Shown piece after piece: positions 1-8,601 of a stretch of DNA of 39,334 bases. Origin of the DNA: a virus (taxonomy: Duplodnaviria; Caudoviricetes); IMG/VR virus record IMGVR_UViG_3300044267_003466, positions 1-39,334 of that record; one strand, written 5' to 3'. Positions within the stretch are counted from its first letter, which is position 1, and the number at the start of each line of letters is the position of its first letter. The position numbers and the translations under genes are program-made. The notes under the pieces were generated by a model. The model saw only the letters and a list, made by a program, of their open reading frames with translations, ran no database searches and was not told the DNA's origin.

Positions 1-570
1 AGCATCTAATATAGCTATTGAGTCTGCAGCTTGATTTACTGTACCTGCATCTAAATCATTTACATCAAGTGTGAATGTTAAATCGTAAGGGTCTCCATCT
101 GTACCATTGTCTACATCTGTCCAATCAATATCAACACCAGTACCAATAAACTTAACTTCTCTAGCTGTATAAACTCCTGATGCAGTAGCAGGTTTAATTT
201 CTACCTCTGTACCATCATCATCTTCTAATATAAAACCTTGTTGAATAGCCTCATGTGCTTCATTTATATGTTGTTTAACTACAGCTAATCTTACTGTTGT
301 TCCTGAAGAGTGTGTTGGTGCAGTAGCAGCATCTCCTGCTGTTCCATGGTCACCATCTACATCTCTCGTAACTGGAGCTGAAGCATGGTTTGTTCCTGAT
401 GACCAAAGGACTATCTCTCTTGTGCTGTCATTATCTGGGTCTATAACAAAATAAGCAGGAGCATCTACTCCTGGGTTAGCTGCTAATTCCATAGAGGTAC
501 CACCTGCTGCTAATTGTGCTCCTAATGTGGTTTCAAATGCGTTTACTAAGTTTGTTTGTCTTGCTACCAT
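1..570 (-). CDS. Tail fibre/tail-associated protein, N-terminal part (runs off the window edge)
   Basis: Not in the ORF track. Translated by hand from ATG at 570: MVARQTNLVNAFETTLGAQLAAGGTSMELAANPGVDAPAYFVIDPDNDSTREIV..., open to position 1, Gly/Thr/Asp-rich, directly after the tail genes. Confidence 0.7.
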   Translation of the reverse strand, partial: MVARQTNLVNAFETTLGAQLAAGGTSMELAANPGVDAPAYFVIDPDNDSTREIVLWSSGTNHASAPVTRDVDGDHGTAGDAATAPTHSSGTTVRLAVVKQHINEAHEAIQQGFILEDDDGTEVEIKPATASGVYTAREVKFIGTGVDIDWTDVDNGTDGDPYDLTFTLDVNDLDAGTVNQAADSIAILDA

Positions 571-578
571 TTTATTTT

Positions 579-586
579 ATTATACC
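579..586 (-). promoter_or_regulatory. Candidate -10 element for a leaderless transcript
   Basis: Minus strand reads GGTATAAT-AAAATAAA-ATG. TATAAT lies 8 nt before the start codon and no clear SD is present. Confidence 0.35.
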
Positions 587-590
587 TTAT

Positions 591-2522
591 TTATCCAAAT
601 CTCATAATACCATAAGCATTTATTCCTGGGATATTCCCTGAAGTAACTGTACCATAAAGTTCCTGCCTTGTCCCTCTAACTGTAATTATAGCGTAATGAG
701 TTACGCTACCTACATTAGGATTTCCTTGTACAGGATATTGTATTGATTCAACAACACCTCTTATTACTTCAGCAGGGTCATAAATCTCTAATGTTACAGG
801 TGTTCCTTCTTTGGATTTTAATGATTGATATATTGTCTCACCCAAGTTCTTTACAGTAAACGGTTTTCTAAATGGTCTTTCTACTCTGTCGCTTATATTT
901 ACTGGTATCTGAACAACTACAAGTTCTGGTCTTGCTAATGCACGATAAGATATTGAATTTACTTCTGGTGCAGTAGATGCACCTTGTGATTTAAGAACAA
1001 CTTTCATTGCACCATATCTAGATATTTTATCTACCTGTGCTACTGCAGTTCCCGTTCCAGATTGTGCATTAATAACTTTATCCCAACTTGAATGAGTTGA
1101 GGAAGTTATACCTGCTATGTCATCTGATACATGTACTTCTACTGTCTGTCCTGATGCTATTTCTGGTGTCTCTACCTGAGCTTCAACCCATTGTTTTCTC
1201 TCAGCAGTAAAGAAATCTGCGTTAGCTGTTATAAGATAACCTTCAGTTTCGTAGTTAGATGTTTCTTGCCATACACCACTGGCTTGTACTGTAGCTAATA
1301 ATTTTTCATCTACTACACCTAAACCTTTAATAACTCCACTAGCATCATATTTTAAGTCTCTAGCTATACCTGCAGTAGGTAAGTAATATCTCCATAAATA
1401 AGAATTACTTCCTGATTCTTTAATACCTGTATAGATAGAATCTCTTGTAGCAATTAATTGATAAGGACTAGCATCTATGCTGTCAATATTCCACTCCTTA
1501 ATTAACTCGTTATTTGCTAACACGTATAAATCATCTGCAGTTACTAAATCTGCTGTATATAATCTTCCTACAACTTTACTTCCTGAGCTTTGTGTCTCTT
1601 TAGTGCCATAAAATATTTGTCCTTGATTTTCTACAATACATGTTGGGACTTCTCCTGATAATTCTGTTTGACCCTTAGCTGTAAATGTTCCACTTATATC
1701 CTTGAAGGAATATATTCTTCCATCAGAAGCAGTAGCTAATATAACTGCACCTGCATCTGTAACATCCGTCCAAGTTTGACCTGTAGGTAATGTAATTATT
1801 GCTGAACCAACAGTTGTAGCACCATCATATTGGTATATCCCTACCCCTGCTGATACTAAGAATTTGTTTTTGACAGCCCATATACCATCAAATATTTGTG
1901 CAGTAGATTTCTGTGCTGAGGAACCTCCATCTGGAAGTAGTTCTATTTCCCCTGCTGAACCATTGTTTGCGACAATATATAAGTCAGTACCATTTGCTGC
2001 TAATCCTTTAATGTTATAACCTGCTGTTAGGTTTGTTGATTGTGTACTCCAGTTCTCTCCACCATCAGAAGAGACATACAAAGTAGCATCATCTGATACA
2101 TAAATCTTAGTCCCCACTACTGCCATAGCATTATCTCCATCACTAGAAGTTAAACCTTGTTCTAACTCTGTTTGGAATAACAATTTCAAGCTATAAGGAG
2201 TTCCTTTATTTTGAGTAAACACATCTACCCCATTACTGTCCCAGAATCTTGTAGTATCTAATTCAGATGTACCCCTTTTATGAGCCATATCTAAGTTACT
2301 ACCGCCAGAAAAATTATTTCTTGAATATATACGACCTATGTTTCTAGTAAAATCTTCAGGATTTTGTGCAACATTTAAGTCTTGTGTTTGAACATCTGAT
2401 GACTGTATAGTCATCTGTCTATTAGGACCTATAGCAGCTCTAAATAAGAAGTCGTCTATTCTAAAGTCGTAACCTTTTCTTTTAGGATTACTTACTTCCG
2501 CTTGAGTAGCTAAACGAACCAT
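591..2522 (-). CDS. Putative tail nozzle / tail tubular protein B-like (beta-propeller-like)
   Basis: 643 aa, rich in short beta-strand repeats and an Asp-box-like SSDGGENWS motif. Lies after the capsid and adaptor genes. Confidence 0.55.
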   Translation of the reverse strand: MVRLATQAEVSNPKRKGYDFRIDDFLFRAAIGPNRQMTIQSSDVQTQDLNVAQNPEDFTRNIGRIYSRNNFSGGSNLDMAHKRGTSELDTTRFWDSNGVDVFTQNKGTPYSLKLLFQTELEQGLTSSDGDNAMAVVGTKIYVSDDATLYVSSDGGENWSTQSTNLTAGYNIKGLAANGTDLYIVANNGSAGEIELLPDGGSSAQKSTAQIFDGIWAVKNKFLVSAGVGIYQYDGATTVGSAIITLPTGQTWTDVTDAGAVILATASDGRIYSFKDISGTFTAKGQTELSGEVPTCIVENQGQIFYGTKETQSSGSKVVGRLYTADLVTADDLYVLANNELIKEWNIDSIDASPYQLIATRDSIYTGIKESGSNSYLWRYYLPTAGIARDLKYDASGVIKGLGVVDEKLLATVQASGVWQETSNYETEGYLITANADFFTAERKQWVEAQVETPEIASGQTVEVHVSDDIAGITSSTHSSWDKVINAQSGTGTAVAQVDKISRYGAMKVVLKSQGASTAPEVNSISYRALARPELVVVQIPVNISDRVERPFRKPFTVKNLGETIYQSLKSKEGTPVTLEIYDPAEVIRGVVESIQYPVQGNPNVGSVTHYAIITVRGTRQELYGTVTSGNIPGINAYGIMRFG

Positions 2523-3532
2523 TATGCCTGTATTCCATAAACCAATCCATCAACTGATACTGCTTCAGGATACTTAGCCCTCAAATACTTTCTTGCTTGA
2601 TTTAATAGTAATTGTTGATACTGAAGCAATGAGTTCCTAACACTATTAGATGAGCCAACAGGGTATCCTTGTACTGCCATTTGGTCAGTTATGTAATCTG
2701 TTGTAGCTGAAGGTATGTCTCTACCTGCAATAAGCTGTGCTGCAACACCCGCCATGATAATTGGTTCCCATTCTGTATCTATACCTATTGTTGCCAATGT
2801 ATCTGATTCTCCAGTAGGCTTTATAAATCTTTTCTTGAATGTTACATAAGCTGTATGACCTGAACTAATACCTGAAAATTGTACTGCATGTACAACAGAA
2901 GGTCCTGTACTGTATGTCATAGTTCTTTCTGTACCATCTGAATCTGTATAGGTAAAAGGATTAGGAAGCTCTACTAAGGAACAAGTTACAGGAGCAAAAT
3001 TCACACCTGTTGTATCCGAACCTGAACTAAAATCTGTATATTGAGATATAGCACTGAGTATGGAAACAATATAGTTATGAGTTCCTACAGAATCGTAGCT
3101 TCCTACTAAGGTATATCCACTACCTGTAGTTATGGATTGTGTATCTACTGAAAATAATGTAGGGAATAAATTATTTATTTGGTCAACTACTGCATCAAAT
3201 ACTGCTTTTCTTGTAAACACAGGAGCTATCTTAATTATTTTTCCTTCTGCATGCCCTGTTGGTTCAGTTCCTAAAACTCCCCTAACTACTGTAATAGTGT
3301 TGTTAACAGTATCAATATCAGTACAGTACATAAGTTCTTGTTCACACTCAATGACAGTTCCTGCATCCATCATATCTTCTTCTTCCTGTGTTAATAAATC
3401 TGCATTAAAGGATATAGAAGTTGCTGAGGCATTAAAAGTTGTACTAACAGCAGTATAAGAATTTAAGTCATCCATAGGTTCTAGATATTCCCTAAAACAT
3501 CTGTCAATTAAACTCTCTATTGTTGTACTCAT
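2522..3532 (-). CDS. Putative head-tail adaptor / tail tubular protein A-like
   Basis: 336 aa, coupled to both neighbours by TAATG overlaps. Has a TVVRGVLGT..TGH virion motif and a helical C-terminus; function assigned from synteny. Confidence 0.5.
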   Translation of the reverse strand: MSTTIESLIDRCFREYLEPMDDLNSYTAVSTTFNASATSISFNADLLTQEEEDMMDAGTVIECEQELMYCTDIDTVNNTITVVRGVLGTEPTGHAEGKIIKIAPVFTRKAVFDAVVDQINNLFPTLFSVDTQSITTGSGYTLVGSYDSVGTHNYIVSILSAISQYTDFSSGSDTTGVNFAPVTCSLVELPNPFTYTDSDGTERTMTYSTGPSVVHAVQFSGISSGHTAYVTFKKRFIKPTGESDTLATIGIDTEWEPIIMAGVAAQLIAGRDIPSATTDYITDQMAVQGYPVGSSNSVRNSLLQYQQLLLNQARKYLRAKYPEAVSVDGLVYGIQA

Positions 3533-3708
3533 TAAGCAGTCCTCTCAATTTCTTTAGCATAAGCAGACACACCAAATAAAGCCATTGTATAACCTGCACT
3601 CTTCTCTAATTCGTCTTCGATTAAAGATACAGATGACTCAATGGCTTCGCTGATGGTAGCTTCTAATGATAGAAGCTTACCTTCTTTGAGCATTAAGAGC
3701 ATACCCAT
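3532..3708 (-). CDS. Small hypothetical virion-module protein (58 aa)
   Basis: Hand translation MGMLLMLKEGKLLSLEATISEAIESSVSLIEDELEKSAGYTMALFGVSAYAKEIERTA. Fills the gap exactly; its stop overlaps the next ATG (TAATG). Confidence 0.7.
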   Translation of the reverse strand: MGMLLMLKEGKLLSLEATISEAIESSVSLIEDELEKSAGYTMALFGVSAYAKEIERTA

Positions 3709-3712
3709 TGCT

Positions 3713-4042
3713 CTACCCTGCTCTTAATAAAACTTTTATTTCAGAACTTGTGTCTTCTGTTGAACCTGAGATTACTTGAATATAACCTGAAGATGCAAAA
3801 GCCCAACCACTAGGGTCAACTCTTGTTACATCATCAGCAGATACTGTATATTGGACTGTGCTACCATCAGTTTCTTTAACATCTTTCCAGGCTGAACCGT
3901 CTGAAGACCATTTGAAAGTGATAGTTGTTCCGTTCCAACCAGAACCAGGTAAGAATCCGCATACTAGTTTTCTCTCTGTATCAATAGCAGGTGAGGCAGT
4001 GCCACTACCTGTATATTTTACATTCTTAACTATTGCTGCCAT
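3713..4042 (-). CDS. Small beta-rich virion protein (possible capsid decoration)
   Basis: 109 aa with GGAG SD, immediately downstream of the major capsid gene. Confidence 0.5.
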   Translation of the reverse strand: MAAIVKNVKYTGSGTASPAIDTERKLVCGFLPGSGWNGTTITFKWSSDGSAWKDVKETDGSTVQYTVSADDVTRVDPSGWAFASSGYIQVISGSTEDTSSEIKVLLRAG

Positions 4043-4078
4043 AAATATTTTTCTCCGTATTATCTTTCTTATACTAGC

Positions 4079-4116
4079 AGAACAATGGGAGCAGGTGGAG
4101 CTACTCCCAAAGTTCT
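4079..4116 (-). terminator. Hairpin downstream of the major capsid gene (terminator/stabiliser)
   Basis: Minus strand TGGGAGTAG-CTCCAC-CTGCTCCCA, extended by AGAAC/GTTCT. The U-tail is weak. Confidence 0.6.
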
Positions 4117-4130
4117 TAAACTTATAACAC

Positions 4131-5273
4131 TTATTCTTGTGTTACGTTATGAATTACACAGTGGTAATTAGGAGGACCGAAGTCTAATCCCATTTCCATG
4201 TATACTGCCTTGCCCACTCTTGCGTTAGCATCTTGGTCAATGTCTCTTACGAAAACAGTTCCATATCCTGGAATGTTTGTAAACACTGGCTTGATGAAAG
4301 CTAAGTCAAGAATGAAAGCTGCACCCTTAGAGTTAGGCATAATGTTAGGGTCTATAACCATAAGTCCAATAGAACCAAAAGGTGTAACTATTGTGTCTAT
4401 GTCTATACCACCAACATTCCTATCTCTTGGAAGAATAGCTCCGTTCAAAGCCGTTGAAGGGCTTGTAGAGCTAACTAATTCCTTGTTAAGGGATAGTAGT
4501 TGACCAGGAGTAACAACGAGTACTGGGTTAATCATAGGAGCTGAAGCATCATACATTCTCTTCATTGCTCCTGCGACTGTATCCCAAGTCATCTTTTGTC
4601 TTGTTCCTGAATCATCTCCATCTGTGTCGTTGTAGTATGCATTACCACCATTGTCTACAGGGTCTGCAGTGTTACTTGCATTTTTGTTTAACTGTATGTA
4701 CTCATACAATCCTCGCATTTCACGAGTTCCTGAGCCTGGTGTAGTGTTAGCACCATCAGCGAAAGTTCCATTGAATGCAAACCATTCAACTTCTCTTGCT
4801 ACTTTTTCAAGTGCCAATTCCATCTGTAATGCAAATTCATCTACGACTGGGCTACCTGCACCATATAAACCAAGTTTATCTGCTGCTGTAGTAGTACCGT
4901 CACCGTCAGATGAGTTAGCTATATTAGCTGACAAATCAAATGGATTCTGATTTTGGTAACTAGCTAAGGCTGTATATGTCATTTGAACACCCTTATGGAA
5001 GACCTGAGTACCGAATGTGTACGCAGCTCTGTCTCTTCCTAAATATTCAGTAGGTGTTGCACCTTCTTGACCTTTAGTAGGTTCAGAAGATATTTTGGCA
5101 TTGTCCGCAATTTGGACCTGCCAGAATGTTGATTGAATAGATTTTCCACCATTCAACCCACCGACTGCAGAAAGGAAAGGAGTTCTTTGACCACCAACTT
5201 TGAACAGTTCACCTGCAAAGTTGTTAATATTCTGTGCATAAATCGTACTATTTGTTAACGATATTGCTGCCAT
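4131..5273 (-). CDS. Major capsid protein (HK97 fold, SU10/DUF5309-like)
   Basis: 380 aa with TPFLS near the N-terminus, TQVFHKGVQMT, REMRGL and TPFGSI motifs typical of this MCP family. Follows the scaffold gene and precedes a hairpin. Confidence 0.85.
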   Translation of the reverse strand: MAAISLTNSTIYAQNINNFAGELFKVGGQRTPFLSAVGGLNGGKSIQSTFWQVQIADNAKISSEPTKGQEGATPTEYLGRDRAAYTFGTQVFHKGVQMTYTALASYQNQNPFDLSANIANSSDGDGTTTAADKLGLYGAGSPVVDEFALQMELALEKVAREVEWFAFNGTFADGANTTPGSGTREMRGLYEYIQLNKNASNTADPVDNGGNAYYNDTDGDDSGTRQKMTWDTVAGAMKRMYDASAPMINPVLVVTPGQLLSLNKELVSSTSPSTALNGAILPRDRNVGGIDIDTIVTPFGSIGLMVIDPNIMPNSKGAAFILDLAFIKPVFTNIPGYGTVFVRDIDQDANARVGKAVYMEMGLDFGPPNYHCVIHNVTQE

Positions 5274-5348
5274 TTTCTTTTACCTTCCCCAGGTATTTCT
5301 ACCTGCGTTTTGTTTCTAATACTTGTAGAGAGGTAAAAGTTTTTACTC

Positions 5349-5789
5349 TTACGAGTTTTCTTTTGCCTCGTCTATTGCTGCAAGTTTCATTCGAAGGGAG
5401 GATTTTACATCCCCTTTGGATTCTGCATTTCTAATGGCATCAACTAGGTCGTCACCGTAGACTTCAGAAACAGAGTTCCTGTCTATAGCATCTAGCTTAG
5501 GTTGGGATTCTTGTATTTGTTCACGAATACCGTCTTGTTGCCCAACTTCTACTCCGTATTCTTCCTTAGCAAATGATTGTAAAGATTCAACTTCCATATC
5601 ACCTTTATACACTTGGCTAATTGCCTTTCCGAGTCCTTGAGTAGTATCAAAACCTGCTTCCTTAAAAACCTGTTCTTTCTTAGCTACTTCAAAACCTTCT
5701 AACTTTTCCTTTAGAGCTTTATTCTCTTCACGAATAGCTTTCCAGTTTTTGTCCTCGTTTACAGAGTCCAAATTTTCTTCTTCTGTCAT
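5349..5789 (-). CDS. Capsid scaffolding protein
   Basis: 146 aa, acidic, with a coiled coil (WKAIREENKALKEKLE), immediately upstream of the MCP. Confidence 0.7.
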   Translation of the reverse strand: MTEEENLDSVNEDKNWKAIREENKALKEKLEGFEVAKKEQVFKEAGFDTTQGLGKAISQVYKGDMEVESLQSFAKEEYGVEVGQQDGIREQIQESQPKLDAIDRNSVSEVYGDDLVDAIRNAESKGDVKSSLRMKLAAIDEAKENS

Positions 5790-5799
5790 ATTTACTTGT

Positions 5800-5956
5800 C
5801 GCTTTCTCTAATGTTTTTTTACTAGGGGTCATCAGGTATCCCCTGCCTATATTCACTACTTTTTTTATTTGACAGGTCTTGTTAGTAGGCATCAAGACCG
5901 TATTCGTTTTTATTTCGTAGTCAAGTTTTACCCCCAGACTATCGAACAGGGTCAAA
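5800..5956 (-). ncRNA. Candidate structured 5' leader of the scaffold/capsid operon
   Basis: Stems TTCG(A)TAGTC/GACTACGAA and GGTCTTG/CAAGACC, each with a loop complementary to downstream sequence. Confidence 0.5.
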
Positions 5957-5959
5957 TTT

Positions 5960-5968
5960 ATTATACCA
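5960..5968 (-). promoter_or_regulatory. Extended -10 promoter for scaffold/capsid genes
   Basis: Minus strand TG-G-TATAAT, with TTGCAC 15 nt upstream. Confidence 0.6.
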
Positions 5969-5987
5969 CAATATTTTGTAGTGCAAA

Positions 5988-7385
5988 TTACCGTTCAGTT
6001 AAACCTGTAGTCTGTCCTTCTTGGTTTTGAGCTGCACCTGTAGCAGCAGTACTACCACTTCTTTGTTGTTCTAAAATTCTATTCAATGCAGAAACGTCAT
6101 CTGCAGAACCTAATTGAGTTGCTTCTACATATTCTGCAGCAGTTAATACTTGTCTTCCTTGAGCTTTAGCTGCTGCTTGTATATTAGGAAGATTCAATGC
6201 CGCACCTTGAAATCCTTGTCTAGCTTGTTCTTGTGTTAAGCCTTGTTTAGATAAACTAGCTGCAACTTGTGCTGATATACCAGGTAGTCCTGCAGCTTCC
6301 GCTTCACCTAATACTTGTGATGCACGAATGTTTCCTTCTAATATTTTTGTTGCTACGTTAGGAGAAACAAACATAGCAAATATAGATTCATCTGGTAGTT
6401 CAATACCAAAATTGTCTAAATATGCTTGTTTTACTTGAGGTATATTATTAACAACTCCTTCGTAACCTGCTTCTAATCTTCTTTGCCACTCTAAAGGAGA
6501 CACATCTCCTGATATAGCTTGGACAATATCTTCCTCAAATTCTGTAGGATTCAAATTAAAGGAGCGTAAGTCTGCTTTCATTTTATCAACAGCAACTACG
6601 TACTCTTGTTCATTCATCCTTAGTGTACCGTCTTCTCTTCTAATACCAGGATAAACAGTATCCATAATTGGGTCTGCTCTCATCTCAGCTTGAGCTAATA
6701 CTGCGTCTCCTGAATCTGCAAACTTATCTAAATAAACACGGACTAATCTCTCGTCTAACCAAGGGTATAGTCCTTTAACTCTATCAAATGTACTAGGTCC
6801 AGATACAGCTTCTGCTTCCTGAGCAGCGTCAAAATACTGTGACATCATACCTTCTAAATCAGGTGTGCTTAACTTAAATTTATCTGATAAATCTTTTGAA
6901 ACATTTAATGCAGCAGCATTCGCAATCTGTTTTGCTTTCCATTTTTCTTTTTCATCACTAGTAGCAATACGGAATCCTTCTTTTAATTGACCATCTACAA
7001 ATAAATTTCTTCCATCAGGACCAAGCTCTTCTGCACTACCAATAGTCATAATTCCACCATTAGAATCTACTATGTACATAGTTCCACTTTTAAGGCTACC
7101 AAACATATCGCTTGTATCTACATTTGATTCAAAAAAAGAGTTAGCTGTTACTTCTTCTTCACCGCCTTCTTCACCGCCTGTAGCAGCAGGTTCTTGTTCT
7201 ACCCATTTACCACCTGTGAATATATAAGTTACTCCATTCTCTTCTTTAATATCACCTTCTTGTGGGTCTGGTCCACCTTGAATAGTTGCTTCTGCTTCTT
7301 CTTCAGTTGCGTAAAACACCTCACCTTGAGCAATTTCGTCTTTCGGTACTGCTACAACTTTTCCGTTTTCTACTATATATACCAT
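5988..7385 (-). CDS. Putative internal virion protein
   Basis: 465 aa, acidic N-terminus and Ala/Gln-rich helical C-terminus, in the block between portal and scaffold. Confidence 0.5.
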   Translation of the reverse strand: MVYIVENGKVVAVPKDEIAQGEVFYATEEEAEATIQGGPDPQEGDIKEENGVTYIFTGGKWVEQEPAATGGEEGGEEEVTANSFFESNVDTSDMFGSLKSGTMYIVDSNGGIMTIGSAEELGPDGRNLFVDGQLKEGFRIATSDEKEKWKAKQIANAAALNVSKDLSDKFKLSTPDLEGMMSQYFDAAQEAEAVSGPSTFDRVKGLYPWLDERLVRVYLDKFADSGDAVLAQAEMRADPIMDTVYPGIRREDGTLRMNEQEYVVAVDKMKADLRSFNLNPTEFEEDIVQAISGDVSPLEWQRRLEAGYEGVVNNIPQVKQAYLDNFGIELPDESIFAMFVSPNVATKILEGNIRASQVLGEAEAAGLPGISAQVAASLSKQGLTQEQARQGFQGAALNLPNIQAAAKAQGRQVLTAAEYVEATQLGSADDVSALNRILEQQRSGSTAATGAAQNQEGQTTGLTER

Positions 7386-7386
7386 T

Positions 7387-8598
7387 TTATCTCATTCCTG
7401 ATGCGTAAAATACACCTGATTGGTCTTGCCCGAATACTCTTGATACATTTTGTAATACTGTGTTTTGATATGATGGGTCATCTTCAAACTCTTTTCTTAT
7501 TGCACCTCTTATTAAAGTCCTATCTCCACCAACAGATTGAGATATTAAATCTACTTTCTTTTTGTCTCCTCTACTTAAAGATGTTTTTCCTAAAATTGCA
7601 CGTGTATCTTCATACAATGTTGTTGACCAACTTTGATGTTTACTACCCTCAAACTCTGGATACAACTTGTCATGTGCTTTTTGTAATTCTTCATTTATCA
7701 TATCTGCATTTATAGTTGTTCCTGCTTCACTATCTGCTCTAAGTAAACCTGAATATTCCTTTAATAATCCACTTTCTCTGTATGAGTGTGCTGCTTCAGT
7801 TCCTAAATATTTCTCTACCAAATCAAAAGCAGTACCTTCGCCTGACTTTGTTTCATTAATTCTACCGACATACCCTTGGTAATCTTCAGGCAATGCCTCT
7901 AAACCACCTGATTGTTGTCTTTTAACACTATCTACTAATAAAGAAACAATACTGTTTATCTCTGAAGATGCTTCAGAACCTGTTCCAAATTTTCCACTAG
8001 ATAAGTCTGAGGTTAATTGTTTTATTAAATCATCAGCACCCTCACCTGTAATCTGTAATTGATTAAGTGATAATAATAAACTTTGATAATTGTCTTTAAT
8101 AATTTCATTAGCTTTGTTTGGGTCTCTATATACTAGCTTTATCCAATCCCTCTCATCTTCTGTAGTATTTTTCCACCAAGATAAATCTTCTAAGTAAGGA
8201 GTTATGCTTTCTCCTGTAATAGCACCATAAGCAAATAATTGCTGTACTTCGTCATCTAAATACCAACTACTACCAAACTTTTGTGCTTTCCTTTCTAAAT
8301 CGTTATCTACATTTGCAAGTATCGCATCTAAATTTGATAATGGGTCATCAGCAGTCTCTTGTTTTAGGTCAGATAAGCTAAATATAGAAAATAGAACATA
8401 GCCTGTTTCTTCTTGAAATTGTTCTTCTGTAATCTCTCTAGCACTGCTAGGGTCAACTAAGGCTTCCATTGTATCTATTGCTATAGCTAAAGGTAGCGTA
8501 TTACCACTTGATGCTTGATAATTGTAAATTGCATAATATTCTCCATCAACAACTATTAAGTCATCTGCGTCAGTTAAAAGTAATCCTTCTTGAAACAT
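7387..8598 (-). CDS. Putative internal virion protein
   Basis: 403 aa acidic helical protein, tightly packed in the virion operon. Confidence 0.45.
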   Translation of the reverse strand: MFQEGLLLTDADDLIVVDGEYYAIYNYQASSGNTLPLAIAIDTMEALVDPSSAREITEEQFQEETGYVLFSIFSLSDLKQETADDPLSNLDAILANVDNDLERKAQKFGSSWYLDDEVQQLFAYGAITGESITPYLEDLSWWKNTTEDERDWIKLVYRDPNKANEIIKDNYQSLLLSLNQLQITGEGADDLIKQLTSDLSSGKFGTGSEASSEINSIVSLLVDSVKRQQSGGLEALPEDYQGYVGRINETKSGEGTAFDLVEKYLGTEAAHSYRESGLLKEYSGLLRADSEAGTTINADMINEELQKAHDKLYPEFEGSKHQSWSTTLYEDTRAILGKTSLSRGDKKKVDLISQSVGGDRTLIRGAIRKEFEDDPSYQNTVLQNVSRVFGQDQSGVFYASGMR

Positions 8599-8601
8599 AT
8601 A

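Noticed and set aside
5800-5836. Hammerhead ribozyme (CUGAUGA...GAAA on the minus strand)
   Set aside because: Stem II does not close properly next to the core, and I could not form stems I and III with a cleavage triplet.
5728-5955. 75-aa ORF over the scaffold leader
   Set aside because: TTG start at the predicted transcription start, out-of-frame overlap with the scaffold gene, and the region is better explained as structured RNA.
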